A stretch of DNA of 63,775 bases, the filler included, from Licmophora abbreviata (taxonomy: Eukaryota), in assembly GCA_900291995.1 (NCBI GenBank). It is 15 parts of 15 records of this genome, joined end to end, with 100 filler letters (N's around TTAATTAATTAA, not from the genome) between each part and the next. Parts side by side here need not be neighbours in the genome. Positions count along the whole stretch, not along the records: positions 46,437 to 48,463 come from OLMU01004375.1; positions 48,564 to 50,442 come from OLMU01004378.1; positions 50,543 to 57,699 come from OLMU01004380.1; positions 57,800 to 59,765 come from OLMU01004386.1; 11 more parts are not named here. One strand, written 5' to 3'. The notes beneath the pieces were generated by a model. It was given only the letters and a program-made list of their open reading frames with translations. It searched no databases and was not told the origin of the DNA. Of the stretch, positions 47,362 through 59,865 are shown in pieces. How positions within the stretch are numbered: the first letter of the stretch is position 1; every line of letters starts with the position of its first letter. The position numbers were made by a program, and so were the translations under genes.

Positions 47362-48369
47362 TCACTTGGCAAACATGATCTCCTTGTACTTTTCGACTTC
47401 GGCGGTACCTCCGAAGCAAACTCCCAGTCGCTGATCAGTATGTTCGATCTGAATATCCAGCACGCTCTTGTCCTGAGCTTCATGAATTGCCGCTCCTCCT
47501 GCAAGTTCGACAATCAGTCCCATTGGCGCGACTTCGTACAACAATCTCAGCTTCGCCTTAGCCGTCGGCGAACTCACGTTGGTAAAGATTCCTTTCGATT
47601 TTGCACAAATATGATATACATCAGGAACCATCCCACCTGAGTACCGCAGCTGATAACGCTCTTTGAGCCAGTATTGCAAGAGTTGCTCGTACTCGGGATG
47701 ATCCGTCGTCGCCCTCAAGTTTCCGGGGGCGAATATCTTGCCCTTGGGTTCAATGTGAATCTTGTCCCGCGACACCTCCCAGGTCGTCCGATCCTTGACC
47801 AGTGTCACTTCCAAGACTTGCCTGCTGTCGGCCAGGCCAATACAAAGCAGGGTGCGAGATCCGTACAGGGACACTGCGGCCGCCACTTGCTCACGCCCTG
47901 TACGTCCAACGAGCGTGTCACCGGGCCAAATGCCATAGATGCTCCCGACTGACAAATTTGCGGCAATCACGCTTGATCCGTCGAGAGGATCACACCCTAG
48001 CGAATATGGACCACTGCCAACATTGGTTTCCTCCGGCGTTTCTTCGCTAGCCACGGTACTGAACATGCCCGACTCTCTGACCGCCTCAAAGACACTCTCA
48101 TCGCAGTGAATGTCGAGATGCAGCTGCTCGTCTCCTGATAGATTCTGCGAGCCAGCATACGTATGTTCGACATAATTGGTCAAGTGCATGGCTATGTGAG
48201 CTGTCGCTTCTCCCAACGCTACCAGGGCGGAGACGAGCGACTCATCTGTCACCCCGTACTTGCCGCAAAGAATCTGCGTGAGCGTCGCCTTGCGGGTAGC
48301 GGGACATCCAACGACGGCCTTGTGATTCGACTCTTCAGTCTCTTCCACTTGAGCATCATTGGCACTCAT
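47362..48369 (-). CDS. SBP: Sedoheptulose-1,7-bisphosphatase
   Basis: DPLDGSS..GIWPGD..GRTGREQVAAA and LRYSGGMVPDV..GIFTNVSSPTAKAKLRLLYEVAP are SBPase-type rather than FBPase-type signatures. Confidence 0.88.
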   Translation of the reverse strand: MSANDAQVEETEESNHKAVVGCPATRKATLTQILCGKYGVTDESLVSALVALGEATAHIAMHLTNYVEHTYAGSQNLSGDEQLHLDIHCDESVFEAVRESGMFSTVASEETPEETNVGSGPYSLGCDPLDGSSVIAANLSVGSIYGIWPGDTLVGRTGREQVAAAVSLYGSRTLLCIGLADSRQVLEVTLVKDRTTWEVSRDKIHIEPKGKIFAPGNLRATTDHPEYEQLLQYWLKERYQLRYSGGMVPDVYHICAKSKGIFTNVSSPTAKAKLRLLYEVAPMGLIVELAGGAAIHEAQDKSVLDIQIEHTDQRLGVCFGGTAEVEKYKEIMFAK

Positions 48370-48463
48370 GCTGAATATGGTCTTCCTTGTTTCGGTGCGT
48401 GTGACAATGAAGGAGACAGAAGTAAGCAAGGTGATGCGGGAGAGGCGCAAATAAACGAAGGCG

Positions 48464-48563
48464 NNNNNNNNNNNNNNNNNNNNNNNNNNNNNNNNNNNNN
48501 NNNNNNNTTAATTAATTAANNNNNNNNNNNNNNNNNNNNNNNNNNNNNNNNNNNNNNNNNNNN
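48464..48563. other. Artificial gap spacer
   Basis: N44-TTAATTAATTAA-N44. Confidence 0.98.
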
Positions 48564-48884
48564 CTTCTTACCTCTTTGAGAGAGAGAGAGAGATTGTCAA
48601 CGCGTCGTCCTGAGATCTAATGAGTGGAAGAATTTTGCTGCAGACTTCAACCAAAAAGCGCGCGCTCCTCGTGTGACGTACTTTAGGGAATCCGGAGTTT
48701 TGAAAGTTGAAAGACACGTGAACTCGTCCTATAGTAGAGCCGATTTCGAGTTCGGATTTGGAACTTGAAACTAACTCGCGACCACGCACAACAAAACATG
48801 GCAACCCTCAGCCATGATGTATGCATGTCGTATCAGTACTTTTGTTGACCGCCACTGCTTCATACAGCTTGATCGCTATTCCGA

Positions 48885-49856
48885 ATGTCCAGCATTTCAA
48901 AGAAGAGAGGATACGTGCCCCCGACGGGTGCTCAGCTGGTCTTGAAGCGATCTGCGCAAGAGTGCGGCCTGGACGATCGAAATTTGCGCTCGCACTTCAC
49001 GTCGCCTCCTCTATTTCCCGATTTACAATGGCATTCCAACGGAAGTATATGGAAACTGGTCGAAGAAGAGGAACAAGAAGAGCAAGAGGGCAGTCTGAAA
49101 GATGCCAGTGGCACTGTTGCTGTCGTAGATCCGTCGAACGCGCCCTCTTTATCCGGTACAGGCTCGTCTGTCAGGTCTACGAGCAAAATCACTACAGACG
49201 CAGCACCAGCAGCAAAAGTAGCAATACACTCCTCCTCCGAGCAACAGCCAACCGTCACGAAGCGACCAGCGAGTACAGTCTATCTCATTCAAAAGGGCCG
49301 CGAAATGCACCTTCGCATGCAGACCTCACCACAGTATCTGCGGACCAATAGTAGTAGTGTGTTGCAGCGAGACCCCGCCGCGCATGGTAATCCCAGCCAA
49401 ACGAATTCCACATCGATGACGCAGAGTCAGTCACTGCTTCAGTATTATTACCCTGGCCTTTCTATTTCCGAGAATCCTTCCGATGATGCGACACATTGGT
49501 TGTCTAACTACCTTCCAGACGAATTGGTACGGCCGACATCCTCCTCCTCATTGAAATCGACGACTCGACTCAACAAAGACCCGTCACTGGGCACTTTGGC
49601 ATCCCCACCGGCCTCGAAAAGCGCGAAACATGTCTCATTGGAGGATTGGGAAGCGCGCGAAGCGCAACGGACAAAACGCGGGCGAGCAACTGCAACGATA
49701 ACTCGTCGTCCTGAGGACGCAGAGGATGCTCATCCAGACCAAGAAGAAGAAGAGGAAGAAGAAGGGGAAGAAGCTGAGGATTATACAACAAACTACTATG
49801 AAAGTGAAGGGGAGGCTAGCGGGGGGAGTGGAGGGGAACAGGAACCGACGTTTTGA
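48885..49856 (+). CDS. RNA polymerase III subunit Rpc31/RPC7-like
   Basis: PPLFP, SPQYL, YLPDEL and an acidic tail with DYTTNYYE...EPTF. Confidence 0.6.
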   Translation: MSSISKKRGYVPPTGAQLVLKRSAQECGLDDRNLRSHFTSPPLFPDLQWHSNGSIWKLVEEEEQEEQEGSLKDASGTVAVVDPSNAPSLSGTGSSVRSTSKITTDAAPAAKVAIHSSSEQQPTVTKRPASTVYLIQKGREMHLRMQTSPQYLRTNSSSVLQRDPAAHGNPSQTNSTSMTQSQSLLQYYYPGLSISENPSDDATHWLSNYLPDELVRPTSSSSLKSTTRLNKDPSLGTLASPPASKSAKHVSLEDWEAREAQRTKRGRATATITRRPEDAEDAHPDQEEEEEEEGEEAEDYTTNYYESEGEASGGSGGEQEPTF

Positions 49857-50021
49857 AGCTACACTTCTATCTAGAGTAGAAAAGTGTGTGTATGTATGAA
49901 ATGACTTATTATAGATCTACTATGACAAATTCCGTTGTACAGACCGCTACAAATGAGCGTGACGTGTACCGGTACTCCCACGGAGAACAAAGGTCCTTAT
50001 TCGTCACTTCCACTCTCGCTA

Positions 50022-50929
50022 CTAATAACGCTCCCATCCGCATCGCCGTCGCTGATTTGATGCGACGGGGGGCGTCGTCTTGCTTTTTCTTCTCGCATTT
50101 CCTGTCCCGGACGCTTCACCTTGTTGCTTTTTGTTGTCACTATTACTGTGTGCCACAGAAGAATCTGAGCTCACCATGACACTCTGGTGTGGCTTGATGT
50201 GCGGTCTTGTCCTAGGCAACGGTCGGACCATTGAGGTTGCCGACGACGATGCAGCATCGCTCGAGGAGGCGCTGCCGTTCGAGGATGTATTGATGGAAAC
50301 ATTGCGCAGCGTCGGTATGGAGGACTTGTCGCTTGTCGTAATTGCCACTTCAGCAGTGCGGTCCTCGCGTGGGCGAATGCTGCACACGCACTCGGGAGTG
50401 TCCTTGGTAAAGTGCACGACACCATTCATTGTAATGATTTTCNNNNNNNNNNNNNNNNNNNNNNNNNNNNNNNNNNNNNNNNNNNNTTAATTAATTAANN
50501 NNNNNNNNNNNNNNNNNNNNNNNNNNNNNNNNNNNNNNNNNNCGCGTGGTCCGTCTGTTGCTGGTTCAAGGCGGCGGCTGCGACGGCCCCCTGGTTCTGT
50601 AGGAAGGCCGCGGCAACCTGGTTGTTGATTCCGCCGAGAGCTGCCGTTGTCATTGCGTTCTGGACAAGTTGCTGCTGCGAAAGGGCAGCCTGCGGCTGAG
50701 CAGGGGAGGGTATACCCTCATTTTGTTTAGGAAAGATTACAGCAGGCTTCTTCGTTGCTAATGTTTGGGTTTGGGAACCAGCGCAACTCGCAGGTGGAGC
50801 TTGATTATTCAATCCGTCCAGATCTTTCGGCTCTCCGGACGGCTCTCTTTCGTTCTGCTTCGCACCAGCGGCTGTGGCTAGTGCATCCAGTTTCTCGATA
50901 CCTTTCATACTTGACGACTGGATTCTCAT
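50022..50929 (-). CDS. Probable regulatory protein (Q/A-rich N-terminus, PAS-like C-terminal strands); middle lost in gap
   Basis: Both gap flanks are open on the minus strand; MNGVVHF...ECVCSIRP resembles PAS terminal strands. That the flanks belong to one gene is inferred. Confidence 0.4.
50443..50542. other. Artificial gap spacer
   Basis: N44-TTAATTAATTAA-N44. Confidence 0.98.
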
Positions 50930-51421
50930 TGAGGGTATGATTCTATGCTCAATGGCATCGCAATGGTTGAATTTGAGACTTGCGCCAGATGGTTTTGGCT
51001 TGTCATGTTTTGTTGACTCGGTTGACGTGGCCTAACTCAATATGAGTAACATCTGCCGCGACATTCCTTGGACACGGCGTCACTGAAATTTTACACTCTT
51101 TCGCGGTTCGGCTTATTTAACTCGTGTCGTCAGCGACAACTGTGTGCTTATGAATCATGAATATGACCAGCTTTCCTGACCAAGCTTCTGTATTTTGAGC
51201 CAGCTGCCCTTTGAACCACGTATGTTCCGAAGAAGGGGGACACCCTCTCTGCGATCGAAATCTTCAAGGTGAGCAGACCTTACCGCGACGGCGATGTCAA
51301 TCATTTATTTCATTCAGCGGAAATTGGCTGACAGACGGACGTGCGATGTGAACTCCCTGTTTGAAACTGGCGTCACTTTTTGACACCACGCTTCGCATTC
51401 CAACATTGTTCGAGTACACAA

Positions 51422-53037
51422 ATGAACGAGCAAGACACCAGTACAACCACAACTACAACCTCCACCTATTCTACTCCTATCATGTCGTCTCTAGAGGAAA
51501 TCAGAAAGCTGGCTGACCGGTACCCCTTCTCGGAGGATGAACTGGAGATTCTCATGCGGTGCCATAGATCACTTGTCGACGAATCGAACGAAGAGTCGTT
51601 TCTCATGAAATTGGCTATGTGCTCTCCATATTCCTTCTTCTTTCTTCCCGGAGAAGAGTTCCGTAGTCGAGTCACTATGGTGGAAGATTCGATTCTTCCT
51701 CCGGGCTTTCCTAACGAACTTCGTGCGTCGATTGCCGCCGACGCCTTTGTCAGTTACGCACATTCCTCGGAAAACTTGTCACTCGAACGCTTCTTGGAAG
51801 GAATCGCAAATACGGGACGTAGAGGTCCCAAAGAGGCCTTGCGTGTCATCTATGGCACGTTGGACCAGCCCACGGCTAAGGAACTTGTGGACATGTGCTT
51901 TCGAATGTCCATTGCGGCCGACGTGGTTGTCGCTTCTACGATCGAGGAGCGCTTGATTCTTGGACAAGTCGAGAAGGCCGATCAGGCCATTCACCCTCTT
52001 GTCACATCCTTGGAGGAAGCATGCGATGGGGGAGAGCTTACCAAGAAGATATTCACAGCTTGGGCCGAGGATAAGGTGCCCATGTTGGCTTCGATACTAT
52101 CCACATTTGTCCACAACTTGGTCTTTCACGGGCACCCTATGCCAGCGTCGCGCTCGCCCTATGTGAGACCCGTCTTGGACTGCCCCAGCGCTATCTTTCC
52201 AACTTGCCTCTCGCCGTTGCTCTTTCCTCTATCCTGTATATCGGTTCACGTTGGCGGAAAGGTGAGGAATTGGGGTGTCTAGTGCACGCCGTTGCACACT
52301 GGGTTGCCTCTCACTATCAATATTCGCGCCTGGAAGTACAGATGCACCGGCTCTACTCCTCAGAGCAGGATGGGCGCTCCTTCAATCGTCTTGAGTGGTC
52401 CGTGCTTGGATACGATGGGCCCACAGTTGTCCTTATTCGCACCGAGCAAAATGCCTTGCTGGGAGGATTTGCGTCGGCGCCCTGGAAGGACTCCAAGGAC
52501 TTTTATGGAGACTCGGATTGTTTCCTGTTCGAGTTGGAGCCCACCCTTCACGTGTACCGGCCTATTGGAGCAGCGAATCACTTCATGTACTGCCATTCCA
52601 TGACTCAGGCTGGTCATCGGAATGATGCCCGTCCCAAGGGACTGGGTTTCGGAGGTACAGATGCCAAGCCTCGTCTCTTCATTCCGGAATCGTTAGAGGA
52701 GTGCTCGGCGGACTTTCTCGATTCAACTTATGAGGCTGGGCACCTGCTTCCGGTCGAGGCCATGGAGAAGTTTCGTATCAAGTTCGTCGAAGTATGGGGC
52801 GTTGGAGGCGATGGCGTGATTTCAAAGGCGTTGCGACACAGGGGCGAGTACAGGGAGTTGACCGACACGTCCATTAACCGCGCTCGAAAAGTTACAAACA
52901 AAACGCAGTTCGCGGAAGACATGCATTCTGGTCTCATCCCCAATAAGCTCTACGCTCACGAAAAGCAGGTTCGTGGACGGCAGGAGTTTATCGTCGACGA
53001 GGAGCACCCGGGAGGATACAAGATTGAGCGAGAGTAG
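51422..53037 (+). CDS. TLDc-domain protein
   Basis: Intron 52262-52341; RLYSSEQDGRSFNRL, GYDGPT, GGFA..W, FYGDSDCFLF and VEVWGVGG motifs. Start is either 51422 or 51482. Confidence 0.9.
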
Positions 53038-53205
53038 ACTGTCGCTAGGGATAAGCACTGCAAAGGAGAAGGGCTTTCATGACTCGATGTGTTATAAGCA
53101 GATTCATTTATTCGATCGTTCCTTCTGTCGAGCTGTCTCATTAGTATGTTCTCGAAAGAGAGGAGTAGCACGAAATAATATATGAGAGCAGATTGTCATC
53201 CTCTG

Positions 53206-55982
53206 CTACTGTTGCTGCGCTTCAGGGGTTCGGCGACGAAGAAGGTTCCAGACATCCTTTTCGTTTAGAGAAGGCGGGCGCGACGGCTTGTTCTCATCAC
53301 CGTCAGTCGGAGGAGGCCCCTCGCCATTTCGAGACGATTGCCTCCTCATTTCATCCAGTTGTCGTTTAAGTTCCTGATTCTCTTCCTCAAGAGCATGTAC
53401 CTTCTTCTTTAGTTGATCAGTTTCCCTGCCTGAACCATAGAAGCGGATTCGACCGGATGCCAGGCTTGAGTTCTGGCGACTACTTGAGGCAATCGATTCA
53501 ATATCGTCTCCGTCGTAATGCGACCAGTCGATTTCCGGAGACAAGACTCTGTGTCGCTCGTCAAGTTGAGCAAGGCACTTGTCAACAGCTCGCTCGAGTC
53601 GAATCATTTCCTCAATGACTCTACGGGAAAGCGGTGCGCAAAGACAATGGAAAACTAGTAAGTTCACCAGAAGCTACCAGAAAGAAGCATGCAACAGGAA
53701 TCGCAACTTACTGCAGATACGGCCAAGCCGCCATTTGGCCGTATTTCAGGTACCCTTCCATGTCCTTGACGCTTGGGTTCGCCAGCGCTTGGAGCCCAAA
53801 CGTTTGTAGCGTAGTGAAGCGTGGAACAAGGGTAAGATTCCCGTGATACTTTTGACGAAACACCTTGGAGATGTCCTGTCCAAATATTCTTGGAAAGAGG
53901 CCGAGGCGGCTTAGCTTCAAGGCACGGTTTCGAATATCCCATTCGAGTGTCTGGAAGAAGCGCCAGTAGAAGCTCTTCCGACTGGGATGATGAGCCTTGT
54001 TGAGAAATGGAACGACATGAAAGTTTGTCTGACAAACAACATAGTTTGACACGTTGAAGAGGGTTGAAATACGTTGAAACGGGAGATCAGCTTGGACACT
54101 ACCATCAATCCACTCGACGCCGTCGACCTCGAATGGTTCTTGCTTTCCATGGTTGTCTTTTGCCAAAAGTTTCGCAGGGGCCATAACTCCCGGCAGCGCA
54201 CAGCTAGCTGTGAACCAATCGTTATGGACAAAAGCGAAGAGGTTATGGACAAAGTGAGAACCAACAAACATGATGAGCCTTTTACGAAACAATGCAAAAC
54301 TTACCTGCGACGGCACTGCTGAGTGTGACATGGGGTGTGGAGATATGATTCAACAACAGTCGCTGCGCTGTACCGCCAGTGGCTCGACTGGCGGATACGG
54401 TGATACAAACATGCTTGCCGGTCCTCTCAAAGGCTTCCTCGAACGTAGTATCTCCGTAATAAAAGTCGCAACATTTCTTGAAGTCTTCCGAATCGACCAG
54501 CAGCTTGTTCTTGAGCCAGTAGGCTCCCATCTCCATGATTGGCGGGAACCACCGAATGTTCTCCTTCTTCATCACACCGTTTAGCATAAAATCTGTGCTC
54601 ACGGTAGTGACGCAGACATCACGAAGCAGCTCCTCTTTGTTTCGTAGAGCACACATCGCCGCTGTGATGCTTCCACCGGAAGTTCCGGAAATTACCTTGA
54701 TTCCGTCCCACAGACCAGACTCGACCAATGCTCGGACTGTCCCAAGATGGTACATGGCTTGTGCTCCTCCACCCGACAACATGAGTGCCGTCCGCCCCAT
54801 GTTTTGTTTCATCTTCCGAACCAGTGTGATTCGATCGTTAATTTCACCTTGCCGAGACACGTTGCTGTCCTCTCTCGTAATCATCAGCGCATCGGCACCA
54901 CTCAGAGGCGACCTCGACAATGGTTCATGACACAAGGGGGATTCGGAAATGTGCGTCAAACACGCTTCCACTTCTTTGTAGTAGACCTCGATCGCTTGCA
55001 GCGCCATTTCCGATAGAGCGTGCTTTCCCGATTCCGCCACCGATCTCGAGTCATCAATGAGACGATCGTCCAAGGCCAGATGGTTCCGCTTGACGACACC
55101 CGACAATAAATATTGAAGCGCTGTTGCGGACTCTTCACATCGCTTCTTAATCGCAAGCAAACGAGCTTCTCTCAACCGAGCCGTGGTTGTCAGCAACATG
55201 CATCCAGTCATGCCAAGTTCCTCCTCGAGCTGGACGGCCTCGGAGGATGGGAGGGACGACCCCGCACAAACACTAAAGGACGTGGTACGTGTCATCCTCT
55301 CGGGAGACCTTAGGGATGACGCCACATCCGCTTCCCCAAAACTACTACTGCGTCGAATAGATTGCGGTGTTGGTGATGATGACTGGGCGGAAGAGGTGGG
55401 TAGAGGTGAGGACGGTCGTCCCACGAGGGAGTCCTTCCAAGAGTTGCTACGCTGCAAAGAGGGTCGTCGCTGAGACGAAGAAGCGTCGTCTTTGGGTTCA
55501 ATCACAATTTGAGTGTAGTCCTCGTAGCACTCCGCCTTGCTCAAGTTCTCTTTCCAAACCCGTCTACGACTCTTGCGTTCGTCCAGCCCCGACCTTCCCA
55601 GATAGTAGAGCATTTGATTTCGGAGCATCGAATACGTCTTGAGACCGCTCAGACCCATAATGTCACCCGCAATCATCAGGAATTGGTAGGTGACGAAACA
55701 GAGCTGGAGAAGACCAAATAAGACCGATGTGACGAGCCAAAATACCCACGTCGATGCTGCTGTCAAGGCAACTAGGAGTGTGACAATGGCGGGCCAGAAA
55801 AAGAAGACAATCGCAGCCGCGGAGAGCAAATGATGCGAGCGGTACTCGCGCAGCCATGCGAGGGATAATACGTGTGACCCCCAGGAATGCATGGATTCTC
55901 CAAAAGCTAGGATGGCCGTCACGAATCGGTCCCAAGCAGCGTCCATGGCCTCGGCAATCACCATGACGAGTTCCAACCACAT
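53206..55982 (-). CDS. Patatin-like triacylglycerol lipase (SDP1/Tgl3-5 type)
   Basis: LSGGGAQAMYHLG, GTSGG nucleophile and WIDGSV motifs; introns 54208-54304 and 53621-53711; N-terminal TM segments. Confidence 0.92.
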
Positions 55983-56377
55983 CGCTGAAGAGGACCTGAA
56001 AATGATTTTTTTTCTAATTCAACGACAGACAGAGCTTTCAAGCTCACGTCACAAGAACAAGGACCGCCAGTGATTTTAACAAGCGTCAGGACAAGCGATA
56101 TCTCCAAGGGCCTCTTTGACGGTCCCAATATTCATCCCCATGGCCGCGAGCGATGGCCACTCGAAACAAAAGTGAACTGAAGAAAAAGCAAACGAGTGTC
56201 AGAATTTCCGGGTTTCTGACGTTGAAGTGGAAAAGTACCAATCTTTGTCGTCCAAGATCCCGATTCCATCGTATGTTGAAGCCGATTTCCGCGATCTTGC
56301 CGTCAGTACTGAAATGCCGTAGAAAAGGTCGCTTACGTACAACAACAGGCTAAACTGGATCACACCGCTTGTCCACC

Positions 56378-57191
56378 ATGAAGATCGCCGCTGCTTTCGT
56401 TACCCTTGTCGCAGGCGCCAGCGCCTTTACGTCGTCGTCCAAGTCTGGGCGGACCGCTGCGTTGAAGGCGTCCTCGGCTGAGCTGGAGGGACTGATTGGT
56501 CCAAGTATCGAGACGGGAAACAAGATTGTGAGTCGAACGACGAGAAGAAGCCGAGACGCTGGGAATGTCTTCGTTCCAAGTCAAACTAACTTTCTGAATG
56601 CCTTTGTTGTACTCTTGTTCAGTTTGATCCCGTTGGACTGTCGGACTGGCTCCCTGCGGACTATGCTCGTAGGGCCGAGCTGTCGAACGGCCGTTCTGCC
56701 ATGTTGGCTACTGTTGGCGTACGTACTATCATGTTTTGCTTCATTCGTCGCCTCGTCGTCAGACCGACATGCACATTATATCGTCTTCGACCCTGTACTT
56801 CCTCCTCACTCATGCCTTTCTACCTTGACGTATCGTTGCTTAGTGGATCGTGCCCAAGTTTTACACATTCGATTCCGACGACGTGACTACCACGGACCCC
56901 ATTAAAGCTATCTTTGAGGCCGATCCCCAGTGGTGGGCTCAGTTTCTTCTCCTGTGCGGAACCATCGAGGCGGTCAAGTACAGAGGTGAACTCGAGGGAA
57001 AGTCATTCATCGGCGAGGGCGAACCAGTCATCGACTACCTTCGGGGATGGAGCAAGCTTTCCGATGATGCCAAGGCAGATATGCGCATGAAGGAACTCAA
57101 GAATGGCCGTCTCGCCATGCTTGGCATTGCCTCCTTCGTTTCCAACTACTTCATCCCAGGATCTATTCCTGGCCTTCCGGAGGGATTCTAA
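56378..57191 (+). CDS. Light-harvesting complex (fucoxanthin-chlorophyll a/c binding) protein
   Basis: ASAF presequence; introns 56528-56622 and 56719-56843; FDP, RAELSNGRSAMLA and KELKNGRLAML motifs. Confidence 0.95.
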
Positions 57192-57514
57192 TTGGAGGAA
57201 AACCCGTATTGTGATACGTTGGCGGTTGGAAATAATAGTCAGTGCACGAATCTCTTGTGCGGAATCCTGTGCATTTTGGGTACTGCACCACGCACCGGTC
57301 GGTGCCTGTTCCGAAACACTGCGGTAATAGGATATGCTAAACTCTATTCTAAAACTGTATGTTTGGTGCAGTGTGGTGTTTCACTAGTGTACCTGTGTAT
57401 GCGTTCGAAGAATTGACGACGCTTCGAGCCGAAGACCCCTGGTGATCAGCCATCACTCGTGCTCGCGTCCCTGCCTCCCCCTTGGTTTACATCACAGCAC
57501 ACACATGATGGTGC

Positions 57515-57699
57515 TCATAGTTCCATCGAGAGGTTCCTTGTGTCCTCCTCAGAAGCGGCGGTCCTAGCAAGACTTTCTCCATTGTCTGGCGGCTCCTCTC
57601 CTCGAACGAACCGATGAGATCGAGCTGCCCGAAGCTCTTGGCGTATCGCTTTCACGGCATTGTATCCAAAGTGTGGATCCGCATCCGCGTTGGAATAAG
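57515..57699 (-). CDS. 3' end of an unidentified gene entering from the gap
   Basis: Open frame YSNADADPHFGYNAVKAIRQEL...SMEL* from the gap edge; not in the ORF track. Confidence 0.35.
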
Positions 57700-57799
57700 N
57701 NNNNNNNNNNNNNNNNNNNNNNNNNNNNNNNNNNNNNNNNNNNTTAATTAATTAANNNNNNNNNNNNNNNNNNNNNNNNNNNNNNNNNNNNNNNNNNNN
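57700..57799. other. Artificial gap spacer
   Basis: N44-TTAATTAATTAA-N44. Confidence 0.98.
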
Positions 57800-58020
57800 A
57801 AAGATCAGTTCGGATTCGACAGACCAGTGTGGATCAACGATTATGAAAAAAGCTGCTGAGAAAAGACAAACGCTTCGTCATGGAGACGTTGCCGTTTGAA
57901 GGCCGAAGCATAGCCATTCGGTGGGATGGGAATGAGTAAAAGTACCTAAATTATGTTCATAAACAATTTATAATGTCAGGCGCTGCGGCCTTGGTTTCAA
58001 AGAGATGGGCTTGGCACTAG

Positions 58021-59564
58021 CTAGGTCATCCCATCGTCCATGAGCTCGACGGTTTGCGAAGGTGGCGCTCTATTACCTTGATCGCGTGATCTGGCTGCCG
58101 AGAGTTCCTCGAGGCTTGACCCTGCCGTTTCAGGCAGAGAAAAGTAGAACGGGAGCGAAAGCAACCCGACAAAAGCGTACAATGCAAAGAATCCTCCATC
58201 GCCCAACAAACTCGCAAGAGACACTGCTGTCAAGGCGACTGTTCCAGAAGTGCATCTGTTGGCAGCGGCGCCCAGTGTCATGCCCCGAGCTCGCTCTTGG
58301 GTATCCAGATTTTCCGATACTACCAAGAAAGTGAACGGCCCAAGCCCTGCTGAAAATGATGTCATGACAGAGCACAAAAGCCCCACAACTGCGTACGGAG
58401 ACAGATTCAACCAAAATGAGGACGCCAAGGCCGCCGTCGTCGACATGAGTGCGACTGCGGATCCAAAAATGAGCGGCTTTCGCCCAATGCGATCAACAAC
58501 TTGCATGGCAATCAACTCGGGCACAAGCTTGCAAACACCGACAAAGACATTTCCTAACAAACGCTTGACTGGCGAGACCAAACCAGCTCTTTCCAAAAAG
58601 TCAGCACTGTAATACAAGACAGCTTCGGTTCCTGTAACCTGCTGCCAGAAGCCAAGCTTGATGGCAAAACGATGTCCGGAAGAAAGACGCCACCATGGTC
58701 GGTGTTCTTCTCGCTGTCTCTGTCGAATTTGCAGTTGCTGTTGTAGTTCATTCTCAATCGCGTTGATGGTTTCATTGATTTCTTCTTCGGAATTCCCCAG
58801 TCGTCTCATCACCTCGATAGCCGCAGGCTTTTGATGTATCATCATGAGCCATCGAGGCGACTCGGGAAGGGGGTCAAGACAGCACAAGACAATCGCAGGC
58901 AAAACAATTCCTAGTCCAAGCATAAGTCTCCATTTGTATTGAGACGGGACAAACGACGCCACTTGAACAAGAAATCCGACAATGTAGCCAAACAAGATGC
59001 CTCCATTGATGGCAACATCAAAGACTGTATTTAATTGTCCTCGATGCTCAGAAGGGGCAATCTCTGAAATAAACACGGGCGCTACAACGAAACTGACGCC
59101 TACGCCTAGCCCAGTCACAATTCGTCCAAGCAACAAAACACCATAATTCGGAGCAAGCGCCATGAACAATGTGCCAACGACAAAAATCCAGGCACACAGT
59201 TGAATCGTCGCTTTCCGACCCTTTTTGTCTGCGACGGACCCACCCCAGAGTGCTCCAGCGGCAGCGACAAAATTCAGCGAGCCCATGGCGAGTTCTTTTT
59301 GAACACCACTCAAATTCATTTCACTCTCCAACGGCTGAATGGCAGCCGCCATGATGCCGACGTCATATCCCAGTGTGGCAGCTGTTGCAGCAGCCACCAT
59401 GACGAGCTGCAGTAATTCACGGAGTCCAGCATGATGATGGGGAGTACCGGTAGTGTTGTTCAACAACGACCAGACGCTCTCGCTCCCTTCTTGTGACCTC
59501 GTCTCGATGGTGCTGTGCTGTCTTATCCCGTTGTTATTTTTTTATTATTGTTTTGTTTGTCCAT
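58021..59564 (-). CDS. Sugar porter family MFS transporter (polyol/monosaccharide)
   Basis: GYDVG, ADKKGRK, SEIAP..RG, PESPRWL, QQVTG and PETAG motifs. ATG 59564 is in frame if the A7 run at 59537-59543 has one more base. Confidence 0.9.
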
Positions 59565-59765
59565 ATTTGTAAGCATAACTTTAAAAGAAGTCGTTTCCTT
59601 CATTCAAAGATCAATAATAGAAAAGAGCAGAGGAAGAAAAAATCCTTCAGACGGCGGCTTTATCGCCATGGTCGTTGTGAGGTGCGTTGTTGGTCGTCGT
59701 CGTTGTTTTCTGTTTTCTAGAGTTCAACTTCAAGATTTTCTCACAAACATCAAAACATCGCCATA

Positions 59766-59865
59766 NNNNNNNNNNNNNNNNNNNNNNNNNNNNNNNNNNN
59801 NNNNNNNNNTTAATTAATTAANNNNNNNNNNNNNNNNNNNNNNNNNNNNNNNNNNNNNNNNNNNN
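59766..59865. other. Artificial gap spacer
   Basis: N44-TTAATTAATTAA-N44. Confidence 0.98.

Noticed and set aside
13458..59564. Programmed ribosomal frameshifting as the explanation for overlapping ORFs
   Set aside because: Shifts go in both directions, occur in unrelated ordinary genes and sit at simple homopolymers with no shared slippery site; sequencing error is simpler.
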